From contig CAXHJY010001105.1 of NCBI GenBank assembly GCA_964016885.1, forward strand, positions 395,547 to 459,546: a stretch of 64,000 bases of DNA. The letters run 5' to 3'. Both the position numbers and the translations under genes were made by a program. Source of the DNA: Eledone cirrhosa (lineage: Eukaryota). Numbering within the stretch: the stretch's first letter is position 1; the number at the start of each line of letters is the position of its first letter. The notes under the pieces are model-generated. The model was not told the origin of the DNA, did no database searches, and worked only from the letters and a program-made list of their open reading frames with translations. Positions 52,077 through 64,000 of the stretch are shown in pieces.

Positions 52077-52380
52077 ATGTAAGCAATGTGTTATTTAATT
52101 TGTTGGTTATTCAACAAAATTAGTTTATAACAAATTAGAAGCACTCTACAGTTTTCTTTTGGAGTATAATATCAATAATATTAATAAATGGAAACTATCT
52201 TTATAAAACCATATTTATTTTATTATATATATATTTCAAGGGTACCAAACAGAACTTAAAACGCTAAGTTCTAGTTTTGAATATGTCACTATCTGTAAAA
52301 CAACTTTTATATTTTATCTGATGAGTACGTACCAAAATAAATATGGTTTTATAAAGATAGTTTCCATTTATTAATACTTT

Positions 52381-52438
<58 letters not shown>

Positions 52439-53040
52439 CAAACATCACGGGCGCTCTATCTCAAAATTATTTTTGAAAAGCATTAGAAATGCGCAACCGG
52501 TAAAACTTAAAACAAAACTGAATACTAACCAATACTATTACTAATTTTCACTTATTCCTAATTAAACTATTTTTCACTGTGAACAATTTGTCAGCATTTT
52601 CTTTTCCGTTTGCCAATATATATATATATATATATTATACTTGGGGAGGGTCATATTGTTGTCATAATATTGCCAGAATTAATAACAGAACACACTCACT
52701 GTTTGGTTGGTTTTCGCTTCTGTATCTTTTATATCAGATAATTTATTTGGTCCTCAATGTTTACCATTGACTGACCAACGGTCAAATATACAGATATAAT
52801 ATAGACACAAACACACATATATAGTCTAACAAAGTTCTTTCGTTGCACATCTGCAACATCGTCAGTGGTGCTATTATGTTTCCTCCTCTTGTATTGTATG
52901 TCTACGCCATCTTTATTTAATCAGTTTATCTATTTATTTATTTATTTATTTTTGATTTATTTATTTTTGTCTTCTATATAGTTACCTGAGTGGGATATCG
53001 TATTACGTAAGAATATATATATATATACATACACACACAC

Positions 53041-53071
<31 letters not shown>

Positions 53072-53244
53072 AATATGGTATGACAGGTCGCCCTCGAGTG
53101 CTACTGGTAACATGTAACGCAGGTCAGGTCGTCGGTGACTAAACCAGCAACCCTACCCAGCTTGCTTGATGAGGAGGGCGATATTTGGACACCCTGACTG
53201 TTCATACCTCTGTTGATTCCTTGAAATATATATGTATATAAAGA

Positions 53245-53302
<58 letters not shown>

Positions 53303-53488
53303 GAGTAGGACCCCGACGGCAGAGCTCAAGCCGTTTCGACGGCTAATTCTGGACTAAAAATTAGCCGTCGATACGGCTTGAGCTCAGCCATCGGTGACCT
53401 ACTCGTTCATATTACCCACTCTACTACCCTAAGTATTGAGTACTTTGGTGCGTTATGGTCCATCTGGTTCCTTACCACATTTCCTTCG

Positions 53489-53562
<74 letters not shown>

Positions 53563-53828
53563 CTATAATATTATTGAAATTTGCTGAAATTTTGTGAATA
53601 GGCATCAAATCTTGTCATTTACCTATGGTTTAAATTTCATATAAATCGAAGGGTAACAATTTCCAGCAGGGTTTGTGCCCCCGGGGAACCCTTTGATTAA
53701 AATGAAATATACTTATCCAAGTACCCTGGGCAATGTAGTTTCAGAATATATGTGGTTATGGGGGGTCTATCTCCAAAACCATAGAAGGAGTTCGTGAACA
53801 AACAGACAAACAGACAGGAACTACAACT

Positions 53829-53884
<56 letters not shown>

Positions 53885-53895
<11 letters not shown>

Positions 53896-54071
53896 ATACT
53901 TTGGGAGGGTCATGTTGCCAATAAGAAACACACGCACCAGTTGCTTTCACTTCAATTTAATTTATTATATATTTATAAATTTACAAATTTATAAATATAT
54001 AATAAATTAAATTGAAGTGAAAGCAACTGGTGCGTGTGTTTCTTATTGGCAACATGACCCTCCCAAAGTAT

Positions 54072-54080
<9 letters not shown>
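53885..54080. repeat. Palindrome between TA arrays
   Basis: ttgttatactttgggagggtcatgttgcc.. / ..ggcaacatgaccctcccaaagtataacaa, centre near 53983. Confidence 0.85.
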
Positions 54081-54153
<73 letters not shown>

Positions 54154-54177
54154 CATACATATATATATATATATATA

Positions 54178-54505
54178 TACGATATTAATAAATGGAAACT
54201 ATATTTATAAAACCATATTTATTTCATTATACATATTTCAGGGATACCACATTAAATTATGGTGTGCCTTCATCAGACAAAATACAATATATAACAGTTT
54301 TACAAATAAGCTTTGACGTACCCTTTTAAAATGCAACCATTACTTCTGGAGGCTGTCAAAGGGTACGTCAAAGCTATTTGTAAAACTGTTATATATTGTA
54401 TTTTGTCTGATGAAGGCATACCATAATTTAATGTGGTATACCTGAAATATGTATAATGAAATAAATATGGTTTTATAAATATAGTTTCCATTTATTAATA
54501 TCGTA
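54178..54505. repeat. Palindrome carrying mirror hammerheads (54220-54284 -, 54399-54463 +)
   Basis: ~145 bp arms, ~30 bp spacer. Confidence 0.85.
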
Positions 54506-54797
54506 TATCTACTCCAAAAACTTGTCGAGTGCTTTATATCAGTTATAAAAATATTTACTTGTTGTATCCCAACAACTTCAAATAGAACTTTTGTGTATAT
54601 ATATATATATATATTTCTGAAGACAGCATATATATGTGTTGGTATGTATATTCTCTTTGATAGTTTGTATAATTTTGTACATAGATCTTTTGAATATGCA
54701 TGCCAATTCTAACACATATATGTCCTAGAAACGATCGTTAAATAATGAACTTTTTTTGTTTAATATAAGGAACTGTTTCATTGTTTTATTCATTATT

Positions 54798-54837
<40 letters not shown>

Positions 54838-55468
54838 GTATATGTATATGTGTGTGTGTGTGAAGGCGTGTGGCTGAGTGGTTAGAGAATTGGATTCACA
54901 ATCTTGAGGTTGTGAGTTCGATTCCTGGACCGGGCGATGCGTTATGTCCTTGAGCAAGGCACTTTATTTCACGTTGCTCCTTCTACCTGGAGTTGCGACC
55001 GATAGATAGTATTAGCAAGACCAACGGAAACATTGTTTCCTCGGTCCGATTTGACGAAAGTCGATCGTTCCTTTTATATGTATATATATATTTATATGCT
55101 TTTAATTCCCTTTTCGGCATATTAATCAGTGAGAAATTTTGGTTATCGAGTTGAGCTCTGCTGAGGATCGAATTCCAACCACTGAAAGTTTTCGTGAAAT
55201 AGTCTTCAAGACTATACAGAGCATTTGAAGTTTTTTCCAAATTGAAGGATGAGTATTTTAGACTTTGTTTTATCACGAATTAAGGGTCTATTGATTTTTC
55301 CCTGGATTTCACTAAATTCTGTTGGATAAATCTATATCCTGATTCTTGTTGAGTTGAGTTTGAATTATTTTTCCCACATCTTACGTTAACTATTTTCCCA
55401 TTTTGACGTTATAGTCACTTATATATTATGGAATACTGTTGGCTTCTTGCTACAATACTTTCTATACC

Positions 55469-55508
<40 letters not shown>

Positions 55509-55529
55509 GTCTCTATATCTAGCCCTCTC

Positions 55530-55581
<52 letters not shown>

Positions 55582-55630
55582 TATTATTCAAAATATTAAT
55601 AAATGAAGACATTCACATAATCAAAATATG

Positions 55631-55693
55631 TTTTATTATATATATTTCGAAGGTACTGTGCTGTTCTTTTCAGTACGTCCTCGTCAGATAAAA
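55631..55693 (-). ncRNA. Minimal hammerhead motif (family of 3557)
   Basis: Minus strand reads ttttat-CTGACGA-..gtactg/cagtac..-GAAA-tatata-TA-ataaaa. Confidence 0.6.
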
Positions 55694-55758
55694 TACATGA
55701 ATTGATGTATGACATACCTCAACTGTCTTGATGGTTCAATTCCATATTAATCTTTGGT

Positions 55759-55801
<43 letters not shown>

Positions 55802-55803
<2 letters not shown>

Positions 55804-56560
55804 AAGGCGGGTAAAATTCCCGAGATCCATGGACGAGTTCTCTCCAGCGGTCTCTGTCCCTCATTATCGCTGCCATATCCTGCGTTTCCAACAGACCAGT
55901 GTCTGTCCTGAGGGCATCAACATACGTTAACCTTGGTCTTCCACTTCTAGTGTGTCCATGTAGGGACTCCCACAGGAGCACTGAGTGCAATGTCAACTCT
56001 GGATGTCGGTGAGCATGTCCAGCTAACCTCAGTCTCCTCTGTGTCACTTTTGAGCTGACTTTTGGGAAGCTCCCGTACAGCTCTGAGTTCTTCATCCTCA
56101 GTGTATACTGATTAATGTTCAGAGCCATCCTCAGCATTCTCGTGTAGCACCCATCCACCATCTGAGTGAGTTTCTTGGTCAGTGTCCAAGTCTCAGACCC
56201 GTACAGCAGCACAGACTCCACTACAGCAATGAAGAGGCGGATTTTCAGGTCTCTACGAAGGTCCGACTTCCACACCGATCTCAAGCTGTGGCACGCCGCC
56301 CAGGCTTTGCTCTTCCTCTCAACCACATCATCTTCCGTATTCCCAATCTTTGCTCCCAAATACAAGAAGCCCTCAACCAATTCTAGCGGCTTCCCGCCTA
56401 CATTAGTGATCCCCTCTGGCTTCTCAACATTCTCTACCAGATATTTTGTTTTAGTCTCATTCATTCTCAGCCCCACACTCATCGACACAGTCTCAACCTC
56501 CCGCATCAAATCCTCTGCCCTCTTCACTGTGTTTGTCACCAAAACTATGTCGTCGGCAAA
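55802..56560 (-). mobile_element. 5'-truncated RTE-clade LINE, open RT C-terminal frame
   Basis: FADDIVL, GLRMNETKTK, FLYLG, VESVLLYGSETW, RRLRLAGH, GRPRLTY. Both ends lie in (TA)n. Confidence 0.9.
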
Positions 56561-56579
56561 TATATATATATATATATAT

Positions 56580-56642
<63 letters not shown>

Positions 56643-56715
56643 TAGTAACACAACAATTAGTTCACCATACCGAGAACGATTGTTGGGGAATGGTCATGGT
56701 TATATATATATATAT

Positions 56716-56783
<68 letters not shown>

Positions 56784-56909
56784 ACACATATATGTTATAT
56801 ATTTACGTATACACACATATTCATGCTTACACACACACACACACACACTTGAAAACAAACCCATTGCCAGCGACGCCATGACCACCACTAACGAAGACAG
56901 TCCACTTAC

Positions 56910-57070
56910 CTCCCACATATGGGTGTTGTCATCGAAAGTCTTAATTTCACTGGTGTTCACTATTTTCCCCTTAAAAGGGCCGTACCTGATCCCTGGTCGA
57001 ACCAGCTCCTTCCGGCAGAATACGCCATAGTGAACTACCCCAGCAAACATTGTCGGGTAGATGCACAGTT
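56910..57070 (-). CDS. PRDM14: PRDM14 exon, PR/SET domain N-terminal part
   Basis: ctctctccag|(E)[53 protein letters not shown]|gtaagt. 161 bp, phase 1-0. Confidence 0.93.
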
Positions 57071-57139
57071 CTGGAGAGAGAGAAAATTGATTGAAAAGCA
57101 GACGACATTGTCGGAAATGTATGAAACAACATGGCCGCC

Positions 57140-57860
57140 GTGTTTGTATGTGTGCATGTGTTTGTGTGTGTGTTTCTTTATGTGTGTATGTGTTTGTGTG
57201 TATATGTATGTGTGTATGTGTTTCTTTATGTGTGTATGTGTTTGTGCGTGTGTTTGTGTGTATATGTATGTGTGTATGTGTTTCTTCATGTGTGTATGTG
57301 TTTGTGCGTGTGTTTGTGTGTATATGTATGTGTGTATGTGTTTCTTTATGTGTGTATGTGTTTGGGCGTATGTTTGTGTGTATATGTATGTGTGTATGTG
57401 TTTCTTTATGTGTGTATGTGTTTGTGCGTGTGTTTGTGTGTATATGTATGTGTGTATGTGTTTCTTTATGTGTGTATGTGTTTGTGCGTGTGTTTGTGTG
57501 TATATGTATGTGTGTATGTGTTTCTTTATGTGTGTATGTGTATGTGCGTGTGTTTGTGTGTATATGTATGTGTGTATGTGTTTGTGCGTGTGTTTGTGTG
57601 TATATGTATGTGTATGTGTTTGTGCGTGTGTTTGTGTGTATATGTATGTGTGTATGTGTTTCTTTATGTGTGTATGTGTATGTGCGTGTGTTTGTGTGTA
57701 TATGTATGTGTGTATGTGTTTGTGCGTGTGTTTGTGTGTATATGTATGTGTGTATGTGTTTCTTTATGTGTGTATGTGTATGTGCGTGTGTTTGTGTGTA
57801 TATGTATGTGTGTATGTGTTTCTTTATGTGTGTATGTGTATGTGCGTATGTCTGTTTGGG
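57140..57860. repeat. TG-rich minisatellite with ~60-bp period
   Basis: tttgtgcgtgtgtttgtgtgtatatgtatgtgtgtatgtgtttctttatgtgtgtatgtg repeated. Confidence 0.9.
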
Positions 57861-57942
57861 TGTTTGTGCTTGTTTATGTGTGTATATGTGTGTATATCTT
57901 TGTTTCTTTGTGTGTGTGTATGCGTGTATATCCGTGTGTGTA

Positions 57943-57984
<42 letters not shown>

Positions 57985-58036
57985 CGTACATTTGTATACA
58001 TACACAGATACAGGCACACAGACACACACCTATTTA

Positions 58037-58219
<183 letters not shown>

Positions 58220-58230
58220 CTATATACATA

Positions 58231-58286
<56 letters not shown>

Positions 58287-58295
58287 TATACATAT

Positions 58296-58563
58296 CAGGA
58301 GAATTCCCCAGGACATGTTGGACAGGGTCATTAGAAACTGGACTGTGGAGTAGCCACACTGATTCAGCGCCAAGGAGCTTGGATCGAGCACGTTATAAAC
58401 TATTGAGCTGTGCTCGCAAAATGGTTGTATGTGAGGAATAAACTTACACCACACAAAACTTACATGTCTGTAAGACAGGTCTACGAAAAGAAATTGTAAA
58501 GTTTTCCTTTGAATAGAAAATGGTACTTTATCAAAAATGGATACATCTTTTTGCACCACCCAC

Positions 58564-58566
<3 letters not shown>
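58296..58566 (+). mobile_element. Tc1/mariner transposase C-terminal remnant and 3' end
   Basis: [15 protein letters not shown] then, after a frameshift, [18 protein letters not shown], resembling mariner-type C-termini. Confidence 0.5.
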
Positions 58567-58612
<46 letters not shown>

Positions 58613-58625
58613 ATATTTATATTTA

Positions 58626-58706
<81 letters not shown>

Positions 58707-58715
58707 TTATATATA

Positions 58716-58792
<77 letters not shown>

Positions 58793-58831
58793 ATTTATAT
58801 ATATATATATATATATATTTATTTATATTTA

Positions 58832-58876
<45 letters not shown>

Positions 58877-59089
58877 ATTTATATATATATATTTATATAT
58901 ATATATATTTATTTATATATATATTTATATATATATTTATATATATATATATTTATATATATATATATTTATATATATATATATTTATATATATATATAT
59001 TTATATATATATATATTTATATATATATTTATATATATATATATTTATATATATATATATTTATATATATATATATTTATATATATATA

Positions 59090-59143
<54 letters not shown>

Positions 59144-59202
59144 ATTTCCTGTCAGCATGACTTGGCAAGCTATTTAGAACACTGGTTTAACCGCTTTACT
59201 TC

Positions 59203-59237
59203 CCTCTGAAGAAGAGATATTATCTCGAAAATTAAGG
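59203..59237 (+). ncRNA. Minimal hammerhead (AATT stem III); relative at 1844-1878 (-)
   Basis: cct-CTGAAGA-a-gagat/atctc-GAAA-at-TA-agg. Confidence 0.65.
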
Positions 59238-59611
59238 ACATTTAAATAAATCTAAGGTAAAAGACTAATTGTCAACAATATCTTTTGCATTTGCATTCTT
59301 TATTCTATGTCCATACCTGCATTGTTTTGGCTTTATCATACATATACAAACACACACATATATATATATATACTATAAAGTATGTCCATAGAATCATTTA
59401 AGATTTATACACCATCTCCTCTCCCAATCAGCATAATCAACCACACACAAAAAAAACCCAATTAAACCAGGCTATAAGATTAAAAGGCACTTATGAAGAA
59501 ATAGTAGATAAATAAACGACAGCCATTTATTCGCGGTCAACAGCCATAGAATATTTACCCAGCATTTCAATAGCACGTGGAAATATATATATATATTTAT
59601 ATATATATATA

Positions 59612-59908
59612 TACATTAAAATATATGATAAACACGAAATGTGTTTACATTGCAACAGACAAAGTTAACATACCACCGTTGCGAAACTTATTTAGGTTTC
59701 GAGGTTCAAATTCGTCTACAGAACAGGTTTGAATTTTGAAATTTAAATCTGTCCAGGAATCATGGCCGTTGCCAATATAAGCTTGTCTTTATTGACTTAT
59801 ATCGAGACAGACAAATTGTATTCACTTTAATTAGTTTATTTCATTAATGGCTAACTTTGTCTGTTGCAATGTAAACACATTTCGTGTTTATCATATATTT
59901 TAATGTAT
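59612..59908. repeat. ~57-bp inverted repeats with ~185-bp spacer
   Basis: tacattaaaatatatgataaacacg..gacaaagtta / taactttgtc..tttaatgta. Confidence 0.8.
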
Positions 59909-59988
59909 TTAACTGCTCGGAAGAGCCCCTTTTCCTGGAGCTTAATTATTGTAAACGACTGAGAGTTTATTCTCAAAATATACTATAG

Positions 59989-60078
<90 letters not shown>

Positions 60079-60095
60079 TTATTTATATAATATAT

Positions 60096-60175
<80 letters not shown>

Positions 60176-60181
60176 ATATAT

Positions 60182-60229
<48 letters not shown>

Positions 60230-60240
60230 ATATATATTTT

Positions 60241-60275
<35 letters not shown>

Positions 60276-60284
60276 TTATATATA

Positions 60285-60359
<75 letters not shown>

Positions 60360-60692
60360 ATACTTGGGGAGGGTCATGTCATATTGTTATAATATTGCCA
60401 GAAATAATAACAGAACACCCTCACTGTTTGGTTGGTTCTCACTTCTCTATCTTTTACACTCCATAGTTACTTTATCTGGCAATCAATGTTTATCATTGAT
60501 TGACCAAGGGTTAAAAATACAGATAAATATATATATATAGCCTCTCAAAGTTCTTTCTTTACACACCTGACATCATCGGTGATACTATTATGTTTCCACC
60601 CTCCACCCCCTTTTCTCTCTATCTCTCTCTCTATATATATATATATGTGTGTGTGTGTGTAAGCAATTGAGTGTGTCTGTCTAGTTACTTAC

Positions 60693-60824
60693 CCTCGGGC
60701 AGTACATGAGGAGGTGGATCCAGTCTTGAGGTTCTCCATGGTGGGTACATGGGGTAGGTAGCGGCGGCAGTGGTGGTTGTAGTGGTGGTCAAGCTTGTCT
60801 TGGTCCATGATCGGACGCCGACAT
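60693..60824 (-). CDS. PRDM14: PRDM14 exon upstream of the PR domain
   Basis: ccag|..VGVRSWTKTSLTTTTTTTAAATYPMYPPWRTSRLDPPPHVLPE|gtaagt. Ends in the LPE motif that opens PR domains, and phase 1 fits the next exon. Confidence 0.75.
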
Positions 60825-61004
60825 CTGGATATATAGAAATGAATTAGAATAGAATTCATAGAATACATAGCTGTATAGAGATAGGTATTGAAATTTCATA
60901 TTTCTAAAGAAACACGGTATGTTTATAGATAAACATTTAGAAAGGCGTAGCTGTTCAAAAAAGACCGGAGCTAACGCCCTCTGATGGTGTCCGAAGGGGA
61001 CAAT

Positions 61005-61042
61005 GGTCAATGCATTTCTGACTTAACTGGTCCTCATCAGGA
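61005..61042 (-). ncRNA. Minimal hammerhead (ATGCAT stem III)
   Basis: Minus strand reads gtc-CTGATGA-g-gac(cagttaa)gtc-a-GAAA-tgca-TT-gac. Confidence 0.65.
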
Positions 61043-61109
61043 CGATCCCTCCCACTCTTGCGACAGACGAGAATATATGGTTTTCTCGTCTGTATAAATG
61101 AGGTGATAT

Positions 61110-61350
61110 ATTTTAATTACGTATTTAGGCTGCCATATAATTTTAGTTGCATCTTTAGGTTTCCATAAAATTTTAATTACGTCTTTAGGCTTACGTAAAA
61201 TTTTAATTGCGTTATTAGGCTTCCATAAAATTTTAATTACGTCGTTCGGCTAACATAAAATTTTAATTCTGTCATTCCGCTTCCATAACATTTTAATTAC
61301 GTTTTTAGGCTTCCATTAAATTTTAGTTATGTTTTTAGGCTTCCATTTAA
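61110..61350. repeat. 30-bp diverged tandem repeat, 8 copies
   Basis: ttttaattacgtctttaggcttccataaaa-like units at 30-bp spacing. Confidence 0.85.
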
Positions 61351-61601
61351 CCTTTTCCCTTTCCTAATATTTGAATTGCTATTGTTAAACGTGTTTTGCA
61401 CTATATTTTATGGGCATGTAAAGTAAATATTGTTTGTGCTTAATCGATTTTGACGAACGTATTATAACAGGAATGGAATAGTCCAGTTGTTTTAAGAAAA
61501 CTGTCGTATGTCAATTAAAGGAATTGATTTAAATCCTTGTTAATAATTATTCTATTACACACACACATACACACACATACACATATATATATATATATAC
61601 A

Positions 61602-61718
<117 letters not shown>

Positions 61719-61733
61719 CTATTTATACATATG

Positions 61734-61775
<42 letters not shown>

Positions 61776-62067
61776 TTTATACATATGTATATATATGTAT
61801 ATATATACATACATACATACACATGTATATAGGTATATATATATGTATATATATATAGGTATATATGTATATATAAATATATGTATATATATATGTATAT
61901 ATATATGTATATACGTATGTATATATATATGTATATATGTATATACGTATATATATATGTATATATATGTATATATATATGTATATATGTATATGTATAT
62001 ACGTATGTATATATATATGTATATATGTATATACGTATATATATATGTATATATATATGTATATATG

Positions 62068-62101
<34 letters not shown>

Positions 62102-62109
62102 TATATGTA

Positions 62110-62140
<31 letters not shown>

Positions 62141-62207
62141 GTATATATGTATATATATATATATATTTATATGTATATATGTATATATATATATATATTT
62201 ATATGTT

Positions 62208-62238
<31 letters not shown>

Positions 62239-62553
62239 GTATATATGTATATTCATATATATATATATATTTATATATATATATGTATATATATATATAT
62301 GTATATATATATACATATACATATATATGTATATATATATGCATATATATATACATATACATATATATGTATATATATATACATATACATAAGTATGTAT
62401 ATATATATATATATACATATGTGTATATATATATATGTATATATATATGTATATATATATATACATATACATATGTATGTATATATATATATATACATGT
62501 GTGTATGTATATATATATATACATGTGTGTATGTATATATATATATATACATG

Positions 62554-62590
<37 letters not shown>

Positions 62591-62744
62591 GTATATATAT
62601 ATACATATACATATGTATGTATATATATATATATACATGTGTGTATATATATATATATATATATATGCATATACATATGAGTGTATATATATATATACAT
62701 ATGTATGTATGTATACATATATATATAAATTTATATATATATGC

Positions 62745-62785
<41 letters not shown>

Positions 62786-62787
62786 AT

Positions 62788-62840
<53 letters not shown>

Positions 62841-63309
62841 TATATATAGTTATACAAGGGTGTTGTTTATCTAAGTTGTTATGTAGTAACTTCCTGATGA
62901 TAAGCAGGTCCTAGCTGGTCAAAACACTCCACGTCAGTAGTTTATCCCAGATAGGGGACATTGAGTGACGGAGTATTCTTTTATCAAATAATAGTAGTTA
63001 AGGCGGTGTTATTTCACCATAATTGATTTTTGCATGATACATATTTCTGTTACATGTTTATTCATGCGACTTCCTCAGATGCTTACGAAATCATTGGTGC
63101 ATTTATGCATCCATTGCGATATGCCGGACCACTTCACCACGGGATTGACGTGCATGGCCTCCGGCATATCACAATGGTTGCATAACTGCACCAATGATTG
63201 CGTATACATCTGACGAAGTCGCACGAATAAGCATGTAACAGAAATATATATCATGCAAAAAAACAATTATTGTGAAATAACCCCGCCCCGTCGTAACTAT
63301 ATATATATA

Positions 63310-63540
63310 TATATTAAAATATAAGCATTAATAAAATAGATGTTCTTTTGATCAATTACATTTTATTATACATATTTCGGATGTACAACAGTACGTCCTC
63401 ATCAGACAAAATATAATGATACATCATAATGTATCATATTTTGTCTGATGAGGACGTACTGTTGTACATCCGAAATATGTATAATAAAATGTAATTGATC
63501 AAAAGAACATCTATTTTATTAATGCTTATATTTTAATATT
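63310..63540. repeat. Palindrome carrying mirror hammerheads (63360-63412 -, 63438-63490 +)
   Basis: attttgt-CTGATGA-ggacgtac/gtacatcc-GAAA-tatgta-TA-ataaaat. Confidence 0.87.
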
Positions 63541-63633
63541 AATAACTACTGAAAATTATTATACGTTGAGTGCTTCCAATCTACTGTAAAACTCATTCTT
63601 TGACATAATCATTGAATATTGTTTAACAACTTA

Positions 63634-63713
<80 letters not shown>

Positions 63714-63737
63714 ATATCTATATCTATATGTATATAT

Positions 63738-63793
<56 letters not shown>

Positions 63794-63795
<2 letters not shown>

Positions 63796-64000
63796 ACTTT
63801 GAATAATAACTTTGAAATGTTTTGGCCAGTATTGGCCCAGGCCATGTCTAACTTAATAGCACCACCTGGCGAAGTCTTTCAATTCAGGATTTGGGCACCA
63901 TGGCCCATTCGAGAAGAGAATTACTGTTTGCGGAGACATATCCGGGTGTGGGTGGTTTGTCCGGGATTACTTGGAGGAATTTGTCCAAAGACTTCTTGAA
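63794..64000 (-). mobile_element. 3' end of a second CR1-group LINE copy (continues beyond the window)
   Basis: Nearly identical to 13216-13417. Confidence 0.9.

Noticed and set aside
62894-62930. Hammerhead at cctgatgataagc
   Set aside because: GAAA box and stems are not intact.

Overview
AT-rich eukaryotic genomic DNA dominated by (TA)n microsatellites and transposon debris. The SINE and microsatellite content suggests an octopod cephalopod, which is an inference. One host gene is present: a PRDM14 orthologue (PR/SET domain plus C2H2 zinc fingers) on the minus strand, with 7 phase-compatible GT-AG exons between 60824 and 28879, a candidate terminal exon at 18463-18396, and 5' exons probably beyond the window. 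Mobile DNA includes an apparently intact Penelope-like (Neptune-type) retroelement at 7895-12596 whose ORF1 and RT-GIY-YIG ORF overlap at a U UUU UUA -1 slippery site, plus CR1, RTE and CRE LINE pieces, SINEs and a piggyBac-type MITE. Four things stand out: (i) a ~1 kb inverted copy of the PR-domain exon inside the same gene; (ii) about 20 minimal hammerhead-ribozyme motifs from several Penelope pLTR families, many in near-perfect palindromes within PRDM14 introns; (iii) an 8.7 kb, 134-copy 65-bp satellite amplified from inside an RTE LINE; (iv) a twin-priming-type inversion in an RTE copy. Most ORFs in the supplied track are microsatellite artefacts.
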